Assembly (NCBI GenBank): GCA_963667845.2
Contig: CAXXVL010000001.1
Location: 224,001 to 288,000, forward strand
Length of the DNA stretch: 64,000 nucleotides
Direction of reading: 5' to 3'
From: Smithellaceae bacterium
Lineage (GTDB): Bacteria; Desulfobacterota; Syntrophia; Syntrophales; Smithellaceae
Positions 47,173 to 57,672 of this stretch are shown here, one piece after another (within the stretch, counting starts at the first letter, position 1; the number at the start of each line of letters is the position of its first letter). The notes beneath the pieces are model-generated. The model saw only the letters and a program-made list of their open reading frames with translations, searched no databases and had not been told where the DNA came from. Both the position numbers and the translations under genes were made by a program.

Positions 47173-49320
47173 ATGACGACCGAAATGGAAGCGAAGCGGG
47201 GCGAGAGAATCGTGACAAGTACCTGCGCCGGCGACTGCGGCGGACGTTGTCCGCTCAAGGTATACGTACAGGACGGGAAGGTCATGAAGATTACGACTGA
47301 CGACCGGTTTGGTCCGGATCTCCAGGCTTGCGCCCGCGGCCTGATCCAGCGGGATGTCCTCTATGCGCCGGACCGGATCACCGTGCCTTTGAAGCGGACC
47401 GGTCCCCGGGGGAGTGGCAAATTCGCGCCGATCAGTTGGGATGAAGCTCTGGATAACGTTTCCGCGGCGCTCAAGGATGCCAAAGAAAAAGACGGGCCGC
47501 AATCCGTTTTCCTCATGGACTACTCCGGTTCGGTAAGCCTGCTGCACGGGACGCAAAAAGCCAGCCGTCGCTTCTTTTCCTTTTTCGGCGGCTGTAGCTC
47601 CTGGCGCGGCAATTCGTCCATGGAAGGGGCGGCGTTTTCTTCCAAGGCGACCTTCGGCACAATTTTCACGGGCAACTCGCGCGACAATTTTCTTTCTTCC
47701 CGACTCATCATCCTCTGGGGCTGGAATCCTCTCGATACGCGCTTCGGTCCCGAGACGGCCGGATACCTGATGAAGGCGAAGGAGAGAGGCGCGAAAATTA
47801 TCTCCGTCGATCCCCGATCGAGTAACTCGGCCGAAAAGCTGGCCGACCAGTGGATCGCCGTTAAACCGGGCACAGACTCGGCGCTGATGATTGCCATGGC
47901 TTATGTGTTGATTGCGGAAGATCTGTATGATCGAACTTTCATCGAAACGTACACATCCGGATTCGCACAGTTCAAAGAATATGTGACGGGAGCGGCGGAC
48001 AGCATACCCAAGACGCCTGCCTGGGCCGAGGAGATCACCGGAGTGCCGAGGGAATCGATCGAAAGACTCGCCCGTGATTACGCCACGCAGAAGCCTGCGG
48101 CCCTTTGTGCCGGGTGGGCTCCGGGGCGATCCGCATTCGGCGAGCAATACCACCGTGCGGCTGCGACGCTCGCAGCGATGACCGGGAATATCGGTGTCCA
48201 GGGCGGCCATGCGTCGGGCGGGACCGATGTCAAAATGGAGGGCTTTCTCTGGGGCTCGCTCGAAGTGCCGGGGGGCAAAAACCCCGCCGTGCATATCACG
48301 GATATCTATAATCTCCTTTTGAAAGGGAAAGCGGGCGGGTATCCGAGTGACATCCGGGTTCTCTACATCGTCGGCTCCAATATGCTCAACCAGTTTTTGA
48401 ATTTAAATAAAGGGATCAGGGCACTGCAGGCTCCGGCGTTCACCGTTATTCATGAACTGTTCATGACTCCCACCGCCCGCTATGCCGATATCGTGCTGCC
48501 GGTGGCGCACTTCCTGGAAAGGGAAGACATCGGCCAGCCTTTTGCCGGCGGAACGTATGACATTGTCATGGAGAAGGCGGTGGAGGCACAAGGCGATGCC
48601 AGAACCGATCTGGCCATCTTCACTAAGCTCGCTTTCCGCCTGGGCCTGGCAGGTTTCAACGACAAGACGGACGGCGAATGGCTCAAGGAGTTTGTGTCCC
48701 AAACGCCCGGCTTGCCTCCCTATGATGTCCTCAGAGACATTAAGGTTCATCGCGCCGAACCCGCCGGGCCCCTGGTGGCTTTTCGCAAGCAGATCAAAGA
48801 TCCCGCGAATAACCCCTTTCCGACGCCGTCCGGGAAGATCGAAATTTTCAGCCAGAAGATTGCCGCGATGAAAAATCCGCTGATTCCGCCGATTCCGCAA
48901 TTCATCGATGCCTGGGATGGACCGCGCGATCCGCTTGCCCGGAAATATCCGCTGCAGCTTGTCAGTCCGCATTCGAAGTTCCGGGTGAATTCCACGCTCG
49001 ACAATATCCCGCGTCTTAAAAAAAATGCCGACGATGCAGCATGGCTCAATCCTCAAGATGCCCAGGCGCGGGCAATCGGAAACGGCGACAGAGTCAGGAT
49101 CTATAACGATCGGGGTCAGGTGGTGGTAAGGGCAAAAGTGACGGCGCGCATCATGCGGGGTGTGACCAGCCTCGATGCCGGGGCCTGGTATAAACCTGAT
49201 GACACGGGAGTCGATCACGGCGGCTGCGTCAACGTTCTTACCCGGGACGAAAAGACACCGGCCGGCGCTTTCCCGAGCAATACCTGTCTTGTGCAGATTG
49301 AAAAATACGATGGCGCATGA
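47173..49320 (+). CDS. Molybdopterin oxidoreductase, DmsA-like catalytic subunit, no Tat signal
   Basis: TCAGDCGGRC...ACARG, ISWDEAL, PGTDSAL, TPTARYADIVLP, TPSGKIE, NVLT. Confidence 0.93.
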   Translation: MTTEMEAKRGERIVTSTCAGDCGGRCPLKVYVQDGKVMKITTDDRFGPDLQACARGLIQRDVLYAPDRITVPLKRTGPRGSGKFAPISWDEALDNVSAALKDAKEKDGPQSVFLMDYSGSVSLLHGTQKASRRFFSFFGGCSSWRGNSSMEGAAFSSKATFGTIFTGNSRDNFLSSRLIILWGWNPLDTRFGPETAGYLMKAKERGAKIISVDPRSSNSAEKLADQWIAVKPGTDSALMIAMAYVLIAEDLYDRTFIETYTSGFAQFKEYVTGAADSIPKTPAWAEEITGVPRESIERLARDYATQKPAALCAGWAPGRSAFGEQYHRAAATLAAMTGNIGVQGGHASGGTDVKMEGFLWGSLEVPGGKNPAVHITDIYNLLLKGKAGGYPSDIRVLYIVGSNMLNQFLNLNKGIRALQAPAFTVIHELFMTPTARYADIVLPVAHFLEREDIGQPFAGGTYDIVMEKAVEAQGDARTDLAIFTKLAFRLGLAGFNDKTDGEWLKEFVSQTPGLPPYDVLRDIKVHRAEPAGPLVAFRKQIKDPANNPFPTPSGKIEIFSQKIAAMKNPLIPPIPQFIDAWDGPRDPLARKYPLQLVSPHSKFRVNSTLDNIPRLKKNADDAAWLNPQDAQARAIGNGDRVRIYNDRGQVVVRAKVTARIMRGVTSLDAGAWYKPDDTGVDHGGCVNVLTRDEKTPAGAFPSNTCLVQIEKYDGA

Positions 49321-49542
49321 CCATTCTTAAAGATGAACCGTGGGTAAAGATCTCCCGGCATTTAAGGTCAATAGAGGGACTTTGCCGCCTGGTGCGGCAG
49401 CACCCTTCATCCCTTATCCGGATTTTAAAGTAAGTGAGCGGCTCCATGACATTCTTGCGGGTTACCGATGATGAACGATGCTCATTTCATCACAGCGCCG
49501 CAGCGAGACAGGGCATGCGTAGGCAAGCTGAAAGGGTTCCAT

Positions 49543-51189
49543 TTATTTTAAAGTGGTCAGGTGGTTTCTTAGATTTGTCTTAATGCCGTTGAGGCCTACC
49601 TTTCTCCTCAGCCGGTAGCGGTGAACGTCGATGGCGCTTTTGGATAAATTCATAATTTCCGCGATTTCCTTGCTGGTCTTTCCCTCCTTGATAAAATTCG
49701 CGATTTGAATTTCCTTCGGGGTCAGGTTCAGATATTGGGCGGAAAGTTTGTTGGTGAAGGGTGAGACAATATCCTTGAGATTCGCTTCGATGAGTTCTAA
49801 AAAACTCATGCTTTTTTGATTCAGGTTACTTTGCTTCATCATCTTGATGTAGGGGAGAATAAGTTCCTTCACATTGGACAAGATCCTGTTTTCTGTTTCC
49901 TCAAGATCCTCGGATCTCTTATTCAGCAGCACGGTCAATGTTGTGTTCATGTCTTCAAGCTTCTTGGATTTCCGGCTCAATTCCTGCTCGGCGTTCCGGA
50001 TTTCGGTAATATCCGTAAAAGAAGAAAAGCTTTTGCTTGTCCCGGGAATCATATCCACCGTGCAATATATATTTCTGATTCTTCCCTGGCTGTCGCGCAT
50101 GCGGTACTCGTAGTTTCTGGGTACGAGATCAGGGTTTTTTCTGCGCAGCTGGTGGTAATTTGTCAGACGTTTCAGATCTTCTTTGCCGGCAACAAACTCG
50201 GTCCACTTCTTTTTGCCTTCCCAATCTTTTTTCTTATAACCTGTGAGCTTTTCAAACTCGGAATTGACCAGAGATATGGTCATATCTTTTTCAATAATGA
50301 TGGTTGCGTTGCCCGTCGTTTCAAATAGCGTCCGATAGAAGCTTTCCGATTCTTTCAGCTTTCTTTCGGCATCTTTAAGCTCCGTCAGGTCTATGTCGGA
50401 GCAGATGCTTTTATCCGTTCCCGGAATGACGTCAACCGTTATCAGAATGTCCCGTTTCCTTTTGAGGCTGTCGACCAGTTTAAACTCATAGTTTTTCGGA
50501 ACGGCGGCAGGATTTACTCTTCTCATCCGATGATATTTTTGCATCTTCGGGATATCTTCGGGTGCCACCATCTCCATCCATTTTTTTTTGCCTTCCCAAT
50601 CCGACTTCTTATAGCCGGTCATTCTCTCGAACTCGGAATTGACCAGAGAAACCGTCATATCATTCTCCAGGATCATCGTGGCCGTACCGGTTGTTTCAAA
50701 CAAAGTCCTGTAGAAATTTTCCGACTCCTTCAATTTATCCTCAGTCATTTTCCGCGCCGTAATATCCATGGCGTTGCCGAGAATGGCGGGTTTTCCCTTG
50801 TAGGTTGTCGAGGAGACTGTTTCGATAATCCAGCGGACATCTCCCTGTTTGGATATGACCCTGTAAGAATAAGGATGGTCGAGTTCGCCTGCGAGCATGG
50901 CCAGGACACTCTTCCTGGCTTCCTTCCGATCCTCCGGATGAATAATGCTGGCCGATTTCATGCCGATCAACTCGGGGATACTGTAGCCCATGAATGCTGC
51001 GGCAATAGGACTGACCAATTGGTATGCTCCATCCTGAATGAGGTACATGCCGGCCAAAGAATGGTTCCAGATGGTTTGATAGAGCTGTCCCTCGTCGAGC
51101 AGGATTTGGCTGATTCTTTTTTCCTGTGGTGACTGCTCAATCCGGGAGGTAGTCGGTACAGTTAATTGATCGATATCGTGAGGCTTCAT
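49543..51189 (-). CDS. Triple-PAS LuxR-type transcriptional regulator
   Basis: Three PAS domains; LTPKEIQIANFIKEGKTSKEIAEIMNLSKSAIDVHRYRLRRK. Confidence 0.93.
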   Translation of the reverse strand: MKPHDIDQLTVPTTSRIEQSPQEKRISQILLDEGQLYQTIWNHSLAGMYLIQDGAYQLVSPIAAAFMGYSIPELIGMKSASIIHPEDRKEARKSVLAMLAGELDHPYSYRVISKQGDVRWIIETVSSTTYKGKPAILGNAMDITARKMTEDKLKESENFYRTLFETTGTATMILENDMTVSLVNSEFERMTGYKKSDWEGKKKWMEMVAPEDIPKMQKYHRMRRVNPAAVPKNYEFKLVDSLKRKRDILITVDVIPGTDKSICSDIDLTELKDAERKLKESESFYRTLFETTGNATIIIEKDMTISLVNSEFEKLTGYKKKDWEGKKKWTEFVAGKEDLKRLTNYHQLRRKNPDLVPRNYEYRMRDSQGRIRNIYCTVDMIPGTSKSFSSFTDITEIRNAEQELSRKSKKLEDMNTTLTVLLNKRSEDLEETENRILSNVKELILPYIKMMKQSNLNQKSMSFLELIEANLKDIVSPFTNKLSAQYLNLTPKEIQIANFIKEGKTSKEIAEIMNLSKSAIDVHRYRLRRKVGLNGIKTNLRNHLTTLK

Positions 51190-51599
51190 TTTCAAGTATT
51201 ACACTCTTATCCGTCGTTGAAAGACCTGCAATGAATATTATCTTTGTCCGTTTCATTTCGCAAGGACCCTAACACAATTTTTTAACCGTGTCGACAGACG
51301 GCATGCTCTTTCGTTAATGCTGATTTATGTTGTGATATCAGCACATTAATCGATTCTCCGGAGAAGCGCCGAGGCAAAGTCTTTCGGGCAAATCCCGAAT
51401 TCAAGGATGGAAGAATCGCATAAGCTTCCGCCGTCCGTCCTCATCCGTATAATACATTTGCATATGATAAATGTATTACTCTCGTCTTATTGTCATTCAC
51501 ACGCACCCCACCTAACATGCATCCGTAATTTTGTTTAAGACACAGGAACACGATTCATTGACTTTAACGTGACATTTTACTTTTGAGAGGGAGGAAAGA

Positions 51600-52832
51600 A
51601 TGAAGCACTTTAGGGGGTTGATGTGTTTGGTGGCTGTAATGTCAGCGTTCTTTTGGATCAGCATCGGGAGCGCGGAGGAAATTTTAGTCGGGTACACGGG
51701 CCCGTTGAGCGGACCGGCTGCAGAGTATGGCCAGGATTGCGCCAATGGTATTGAAATGGCCGTGCAGGACATTAATGCAGCGGGAGGCATAAAGATCAGC
51801 GGGAAAAGTTACCTCTTTAAACTGGAGAAGCTGGATGACCGCGTGGATCCGACTCAGACGGTTAACAATGCGAGGCGCATGAAGTCCAAGGGTGCGATAG
51901 CGATTTTCAATCCCGTCTTCACCTGTATAGCAGCGCTCAAAAAGATTAACGAAGAAAAAGGCGCCGAATTCGTTCTGATGGGCTACACCAGCACGCCGAA
52001 AGCCACTGAAATAGCGAATCATCTGCATGTTTCCATACCGCCGCCTTTTACGGTCTATAACAGCGCCTTCCTCGACATGGCCTGGAGACAGGGCTGGCGT
52101 AAAGCGGCTATGCTGATCACCCTCGGCGCCTACGGTGATGAAAACCGCGTCGACTTCAAGCAATACTGGGAAAAACTGGGTGGGACCATTACCATCGACA
52201 AGCCCGCCAATTACTATACGGAAACAGATTTCTCCAGTCAGTTGACCGCAGTACTGGCTACAAAGCCCGATGTCATCTTCGCCGGCGGTCCATCGGCAAC
52301 GACAGCACTGGTCGTCGAACAGGCCAGAAACATGGGCTTCAGGGGCGGTTTCGCTTTTATCGATCAGGCGCGGGCGGACTACTGCGCCAGCATCCTCAAA
52401 GACTCAAAGCTTCTGGATAAAACCATCAGTGTCGCCGCGGTTGATTCCATTCCCTTCCCCGGTGCGGCCGCTTTCAACAAGAGATATTTGAAGACATACA
52501 AGCGGATCAGCAACATGGAAGCCATTCAAAACTACATGGCCATGCAGGCCTTGTCGAGAGCCATTGCCGCAGGCGGAAAAGCCGATAACGCTGCCGCCAT
52601 TCGTGCGGCATTCCCCAAAGCTTTCCCGCTGATCGGAAGTCAGTTTCCGACGGAAGTTCACGGCATCACTGCCGATGGGAGAATGGAGATATTCCCCTAT
52701 GCCCAGATGATCAAAGACGGAAAACCGACGGCGCCGGAAGTCTATGCGTGGTGGCCCAAGACTCAGCAGGAATTCCAGCAGGTCAAGAAAGTCTCCAAGT
52801 CAACAAGTCCGTTGATCTGGAAAACCAGGTAG
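51600..52832 (+). CDS. ABC transporter substrate-binding protein (LivJ/Peripla_BP_6 type), orphan
   Basis: Signal peptide, GPLSGPAAEYG, INAAGGI, ETDFSSQL. Confidence 0.92.
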   Translation: MKHFRGLMCLVAVMSAFFWISIGSAEEILVGYTGPLSGPAAEYGQDCANGIEMAVQDINAAGGIKISGKSYLFKLEKLDDRVDPTQTVNNARRMKSKGAIAIFNPVFTCIAALKKINEEKGAEFVLMGYTSTPKATEIANHLHVSIPPPFTVYNSAFLDMAWRQGWRKAAMLITLGAYGDENRVDFKQYWEKLGGTITIDKPANYYTETDFSSQLTAVLATKPDVIFAGGPSATTALVVEQARNMGFRGGFAFIDQARADYCASILKDSKLLDKTISVAAVDSIPFPGAAAFNKRYLKTYKRISNMEAIQNYMAMQALSRAIAAGGKADNAAAIRAAFPKAFPLIGSQFPTEVHGITADGRMEIFPYAQMIKDGKPTAPEVYAWWPKTQQEFQQVKKVSKSTSPLIWKTR

Positions 52833-52885
52833 AGCGGATCGGGAGAAAAAGCTGACACCCTGAATAACCGCACATCAAAACAATC

Positions 52886-52929
52886 CTGCTTTTGCAGGGA
52901 TGGCTCAAAAATCATCTCTGCAAAAGCAG
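52886..52929. terminator. Long hairpin between the SBP and CoA-ligase genes
   Basis: CTGCTTTTGCAGGGATG...CATCTCTGCAAAAGCAG. Confidence 0.65.
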
Positions 52930-53090
52930 ATCAGCAAATCAAGGCAACGAACAGACTGTCTGAATCATCATGAAAAGCCGTCGCCATCATATTAATATTC
53001 TGCAAACACGCCATCACTTTTTTAATCATTTTTTAATTTTATTACTCTCCGGAAAGACTTTATTCGGAAAATGAGGAAATGGGGGAAACT

Positions 53091-54734
53091 ATGGAAGAGA
53101 AAAAGACATACCTGCCGGGAGAAAACTACAACTACCAGCTACTGATCAAGCACATTCTGGAATCAGCCAGGTTTTTATCACCGGACCAGGAAATCGTCTT
53201 CGGGGACAAACTGCGCTATACTTATGTTACGCTGATCGAGCGGATCCACAAACTCGCCGGAGCGCTGGAAAGCCTCGGGGTTCGCAAAGGAGATACAGTG
53301 TGCGTCTTTGACTATGACAGTCATCGATACCTGGAATGCTACTTTGCCATTCCGGTCATCGGCGCCGTGCTGCATACGCAAAACTGGCGTCTTTCTCCGG
53401 AACAAATCCTCTATACAATGAACCACGCTGAAGATAAGGTGGTGATCATCCATACGGACTTCCTGCCGATACTGGAAACCATCTGGGACAAACTCACGGC
53501 GGTGAAGAAAGTGATTTTGATTTCCGAGGGAGAGCAAAGCCCGTCGACAAAAATCCATTGCGACGGCGAATATGAGCAAATAGTCGCTGACGCGCAGCCG
53601 TTAAGTGATTTTCCTGATTTCGACGAGAATACCCGGGCCTCAACTTTCTATACAACCGGCACCACCGGCCTGCCGAAGGGCGTCTATTTTTCTCATCGGC
53701 AATTGGTCCTGCAGTGCCTCATCCAGCACACGGCGACAGGGGCTTACGATTCCCCGGTTCGCTTCCGGTCGCAGGATGTTTACATGCCTTTAACGCCGAT
53801 GTTTCATGTTCATGCCTGGGGATACCCTTATGCGGCAACCCTTCTCGGAATGAAACAGGTTTATCCCGGGCGCTACGAACCCAAGGCGCTCGTCAACCTT
53901 ATTTTGAAAGAGCGGGTGACTTTTTCGCATTGTGTGCCCACGATACTGCAAATGGTATTGAATGCTCTTCCCAAGGATGTTGACCTTTCCTTCTGGAAGG
54001 TTGTCATCGGCGGCGCTCTGTTGACAAAGGGTCTGGCCCAGGCGGTCATGGAGCGCGGAATCAACATCATGGCAGGATACGGCATGTCGGAAACCTGCCC
54101 GCTTCTGACAACCGCAAATCTGAAACCCAGGATGCTCAATGAACCGCCGGCAAAACAGGTCGACACGCTGATCAAAACGGGTCTCCCGGCTCCCTTTGTT
54201 TATATCCGCCTTTTCGATCCCGCAGGCAAAGCCGTCCCTCATGACGGAGTCTCCACGGGTGAAATATGTCTGAGATCGCCGCTCCTCACCGAAGGGTATC
54301 ACAATGATCCGGACCGCACAAAAGAACTGTGGGTGAACGGATGGCTCCATACCGGTGATATCGGGTATATTGATCGGGAAGGGTACCTGCAGGTTACGGA
54401 CAGAATCAAAGACGTCATTAAAACCGGCGGTGAATGGATCTCTTCTTTAGAGCTGGAAGATCTTTTGAGCCACCACGCGGCGGTTGCCGAAGCGGCGGCC
54501 ATCGGGGTTGCGGATGCCAAGTGGGGGGAACGGCCTTTGATGATTGCCGTCCTTCAGTCCGAATATAAAAATAAAGTCTCAGGTGAAGAACTGCGCAAGT
54601 TTATGCTTGCGGAATCTGAAGCGGGTAAAATCCCCAAGTACGGCGTTCCCGACCGGGTGGAAATTGTCGATGCCCTGCCGAAAACGAGTGTTGGAAAAAC
54701 GAATAAGATCGAGCTGAGAAAGATATTTAAATAA
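53091..54734 (+). CDS. Fatty acid-CoA ligase (AlkK/DmdB-like)
   Basis: YTTGTTGLPKGVYFSHR, PMFHVHAWG, GYGMSETCP, TGDIG, KTGGEWISS. Confidence 0.95.
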   Translation: MEEKKTYLPGENYNYQLLIKHILESARFLSPDQEIVFGDKLRYTYVTLIERIHKLAGALESLGVRKGDTVCVFDYDSHRYLECYFAIPVIGAVLHTQNWRLSPEQILYTMNHAEDKVVIIHTDFLPILETIWDKLTAVKKVILISEGEQSPSTKIHCDGEYEQIVADAQPLSDFPDFDENTRASTFYTTGTTGLPKGVYFSHRQLVLQCLIQHTATGAYDSPVRFRSQDVYMPLTPMFHVHAWGYPYAATLLGMKQVYPGRYEPKALVNLILKERVTFSHCVPTILQMVLNALPKDVDLSFWKVVIGGALLTKGLAQAVMERGINIMAGYGMSETCPLLTTANLKPRMLNEPPAKQVDTLIKTGLPAPFVYIRLFDPAGKAVPHDGVSTGEICLRSPLLTEGYHNDPDRTKELWVNGWLHTGDIGYIDREGYLQVTDRIKDVIKTGGEWISSLELEDLLSHHAAVAEAAAIGVADAKWGERPLMIAVLQSEYKNKVSGEELRKFMLAESEAGKIPKYGVPDRVEIVDALPKTSVGKTNKIELRKIFK

Positions 54735-54760
54735 GATTCTCTTTTTGCGGTAAGACCGCA

Positions 54761-54860
54761 GCCTGCAAGCCGATGGACGGCTTGCAGGCGTTCTCATTAT
54801 TTGCCAGCGCAGCACCTTTCGCCTTTCACCTTTCACCATGCGCCTTGAACCTTGAACCTT
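54761..54860 (+). repeat. Hairpin (25679 family) followed by degenerate heptamer repeats
   Basis: GCCTGCAAGCC-N7-GGCTTGCAGGC; then CACCTTT CGCCTTT CACCTTT CACCATG CGCCTTG AACCTTG AACCTTT. Confidence 0.7.
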
Positions 54861-55730
54861 TTACAATTTATCCAGCCCCATACTTTTTATAATGAACCGT
54901 TCTTTCAGCGGGCCCGGCAATAATTTCGTCAGGATGCTTGCCGGTTTTGCACCGGGGCCGGCCAGATAGATTCGTTTTGGCTTCGAAGAGGTGAGGGCAT
55001 GTATAATCGGCTCGGCCGCCTGCTCGGCGAGCAGTCCGCTTCTTCCGGCGGTAGCGAAGTATTCAAAGGCTCTGCGCTGCCGGGCCGCATAAAGCTCGCT
55101 GAATTCCGGAGGGTACTTGCAGGCAAGGTCCGCCGTGGCTTTTTCCACGCGGTCCCATAACGCTGTCTGCACGCCTCCGTAAATCATGAGGATCACCTTC
55201 ACTCCGTGGGGCAGCAATTCCATCCGCAGCGCTTCGGAAATGCCGTTCACCGCCATTTTCGCGGACGAATAAATGCCGTGGAAAGGTGTGACCCACAGGG
55301 ACGTCAGCGAACTGACATTGACGATTCTTCCCCGCGATTGACGGATGAGCGGGAGAAAGGCCTGTGTGACCGCCAGCAGTCCAAAGACATTGGCGTCATA
55401 AAGCCTGCGGAAGTCAGCCAGCGGCGTATATTCAAGGGGCGCCCGAAAGGAAATTCCCGCATTATTTACCAGGCCCCACAATCCCTTGCCGTCCAACGCG
55501 CCGGCGATTTGATCCCTGGCGCGGGCAATTGAATCTTCATCCATGACGTCCATCAGCACCGGCGTCAGCTTTCCGGAAGCCGCTTTTTGAAGATCGTCGG
55601 CATCCTTCTTTTGTCTGACGGAAGCAAAAACAGGATATCCAAGCTTAGCGAGCTCAAGTGCCGTAGCCCTCCCAATGCCCGTCGATGCGCCGGTTACGAA
55701 AATAGCCCCTTTGACTTGTTCCATTTCCAT
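54861..55730 (-). CDS. Short-chain dehydrogenase/reductase
   Basis: TGASTGIG, NNAGI, YSSAK. Confidence 0.95.
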   Translation of the reverse strand: MEMEQVKGAIFVTGASTGIGRATALELAKLGYPVFASVRQKKDADDLQKAASGKLTPVLMDVMDEDSIARARDQIAGALDGKGLWGLVNNAGISFRAPLEYTPLADFRRLYDANVFGLLAVTQAFLPLIRQSRGRIVNVSSLTSLWVTPFHGIYSSAKMAVNGISEALRMELLPHGVKVILMIYGGVQTALWDRVEKATADLACKYPPEFSELYAARQRRAFEYFATAGRSGLLAEQAAEPIIHALTSSKPKRIYLAGPGAKPASILTKLLPGPLKERFIIKSMGLDKL

Positions 55731-55801
55731 TCTTCCTCCTTCCTTTCGGATCTTCTGTTACTTTCTTTTATGCCCGCCTATCTGCTACGAGCTATCAGCT
55801 A

Positions 55802-56458
55802 TCAGCTATTCACCATCCACCATCCACTATTCACCAGTACCTGCGGAAGTTCTCTGATGCTCTGCAAAATCTTGTAGGCCCCCGCAAAATTATTGCCGTT
55901 TGTGAATTTGCTCGGGATTACGATGCACCGCAGGCCGGCGGCGAGTGCGGCGGCAAGACCGCGCGGCGAATCCTCGATGACCAGGCACTCTTCAGGCGGG
56001 AAGCCGCTGAGCTCGATGGCCTTCAGATACGGCTCGGGATGCGGTTTGAAATGCGCACAATCTTTCATGGTCAGAACAAATTGAAAATAAGGCAGGAGCC
56101 CCGACGTGCTGTGAATGATCTCGAAGTGCTCATGACCGGAACTTGTCACGATCCCCATGACGTATTTTCCCCGGAGCGCATCCAGCACTTCCCGGACGCC
56201 GTCTATCACCAGCGGCTCACGGGCAATCAACTCGGCATAACGGGCGTCGCGCTCATTGCGCAGTTTATAAAACGCATCCGTCCCCGGCTTTTCCGCAAGC
56301 TGCAGCACGCTGCCTCCCCGGGTCAGAGAGATCTCTTCAAACTGCTCCCAGTGAAGCGTGATTCCCACACCCGCCAGTGTTTCCTCATTGGCCCGGAAAA
56401 AGAGGCCTTCCGTATCGACCAGAACGCCGTCATTGTCCCAGAAAATTGCCTTGATCAT
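55802..56458 (-). CDS. HAD-superfamily phosphatase
   Basis: WDNDGVLVDTE, VTSS, KPHPEPY, IEDSPRG. Confidence 0.93.
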   Translation of the reverse strand: MIKAIFWDNDGVLVDTEGLFFRANEETLAGVGITLHWEQFEEISLTRGGSVLQLAEKPGTDAFYKLRNERDARYAELIAREPLVIDGVREVLDALRGKYVMGIVTSSGHEHFEIIHSTSGLLPYFQFVLTMKDCAHFKPHPEPYLKAIELSGFPPEECLVIEDSPRGLAAALAAGLRCIVIPSKFTNGNNFAGAYKILQSIRELPQVLVNSGWWMVNS

Positions 56459-56689
56459 CAAGGTTTGCTCTCCATCTTTTGTGGAGCACTCTACACTTCT
56501 CACATCATTCGGTCAATCTGAACCAGCCTTCGCACGGAGAGCTTTCTGCCGCCGTTTCAATTCATCCCGATCTCAATTGATCAATCTCCTTCATTGTTTT
56601 CTCTCAATGGGTTATGTATGTTACGCCATCAGTTTATTGAAATATTTAAGCGGCATTGAAGAATCAATCAGTCATGGAGGAAAATGCTT

Positions 56690-57538
56690 ATGGTGAAAAT
56701 AATCATAATACTCTTCGCAGTCGTATTCATCATATTTGCAGGCGTTGGATACGCGCTGTATACGGCCGCCAAAGAACCCGAAAACAATGCCGCAGTATTT
56801 TTGTGTTCAAAAATTGATCCGTCTAAAAGGGTAGTGGTATTCATGGGCGACAGCCTTACCCATGGAACAGTGGGATTCAGCTATGTTGATGCTCTGGCAA
56901 AAGATGCTGAGCTCAGTAATTTCATTTTTATAAATGAAGGGATCAATAGCCAATTGGTATACAACCTGCTGAATAAAGTTGATAAGATCGTTTTGACGAA
57001 ACCGGATTATATTTTTATTCTCATCGGCACGAACGATTGCCGGGCAAGTCTGTCCGATGCCGAATATCAACGCTTCAATAAATTATGGAAACTGCCCGCA
57101 AGGCCGACCAAAGAACGGTTTGCGAATAATTTGAATGATCTTATAGATAAGTTAAGAAATCAGACATCGGCGGGCATTACTCTGATCTCTATCCCTCCTT
57201 TAGGTGAAAAGGCGGAGAGCATCCCCTTTCAGAAATCCGTTGAATATTCTCAAGCGGTCAAAGAAATCTCTCATCAGAAAAAAGTTGATTACATCGCTTT
57301 TAACGAGGCGCTCACCATTGAGCTCATGAAAAATTCCGGTACAAATGTTTCAGGGTACGAATTAGACGTAAGCGGTCTGTATGCTGATATAGTATTCCAT
57401 TACCTGTTCATGCAAAGCTGGGACGATATCTCGAATAAGCGCGGCCTGCGGTTTTTAGTGGATAATGTTCATCTCAACAGTCGAAGCGCGGGCATTCTGA
57501 AAGCCAGAATCAAAGAAACGCTGCTCGCAAAGCAATAA
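56690..57538 (+). CDS. SGNH/GDSL hydrolase with N-terminal membrane anchor
   Basis: GDSLT, NEGINS, IGTND, DNVHLN. Confidence 0.92.
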   Translation: MVKIIIILFAVVFIIFAGVGYALYTAAKEPENNAAVFLCSKIDPSKRVVVFMGDSLTHGTVGFSYVDALAKDAELSNFIFINEGINSQLVYNLLNKVDKIVLTKPDYIFILIGTNDCRASLSDAEYQRFNKLWKLPARPTKERFANNLNDLIDKLRNQTSAGITLISIPPLGEKAESIPFQKSVEYSQAVKEISHQKKVDYIAFNEALTIELMKNSGTNVSGYELDVSGLYADIVFHYLFMQSWDDISNKRGLRFLVDNVHLNSRSAGILKARIKETLLAKQ

Positions 57539-57672
57539 AAAAAAGCTCATCGGGTTTAATTGATTTTTTAAAACCATCCCTATTCCGGATTGACGAGCAG
57601 GTATGAAAAATAGGGAGAAATAGGGGACCTACTTCAAGGTATCAATCGGCCAAATATCATCTTGAAGAACAA

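Noticed and set aside
46969..48294. 441-aa minus-strand ORF, and similar long ORFs at 386-1486, 6167-6988, 12154-13149, 33761-34525 and 48403-49218
   Set aside because: These are antisense or off-frame shadows of well-supported genes and carry no recognisable motifs.
47173..49320. Selenocysteine recoding in the molybdoenzyme
   Set aside because: The ORF has no in-frame TGA before its natural C-terminus.
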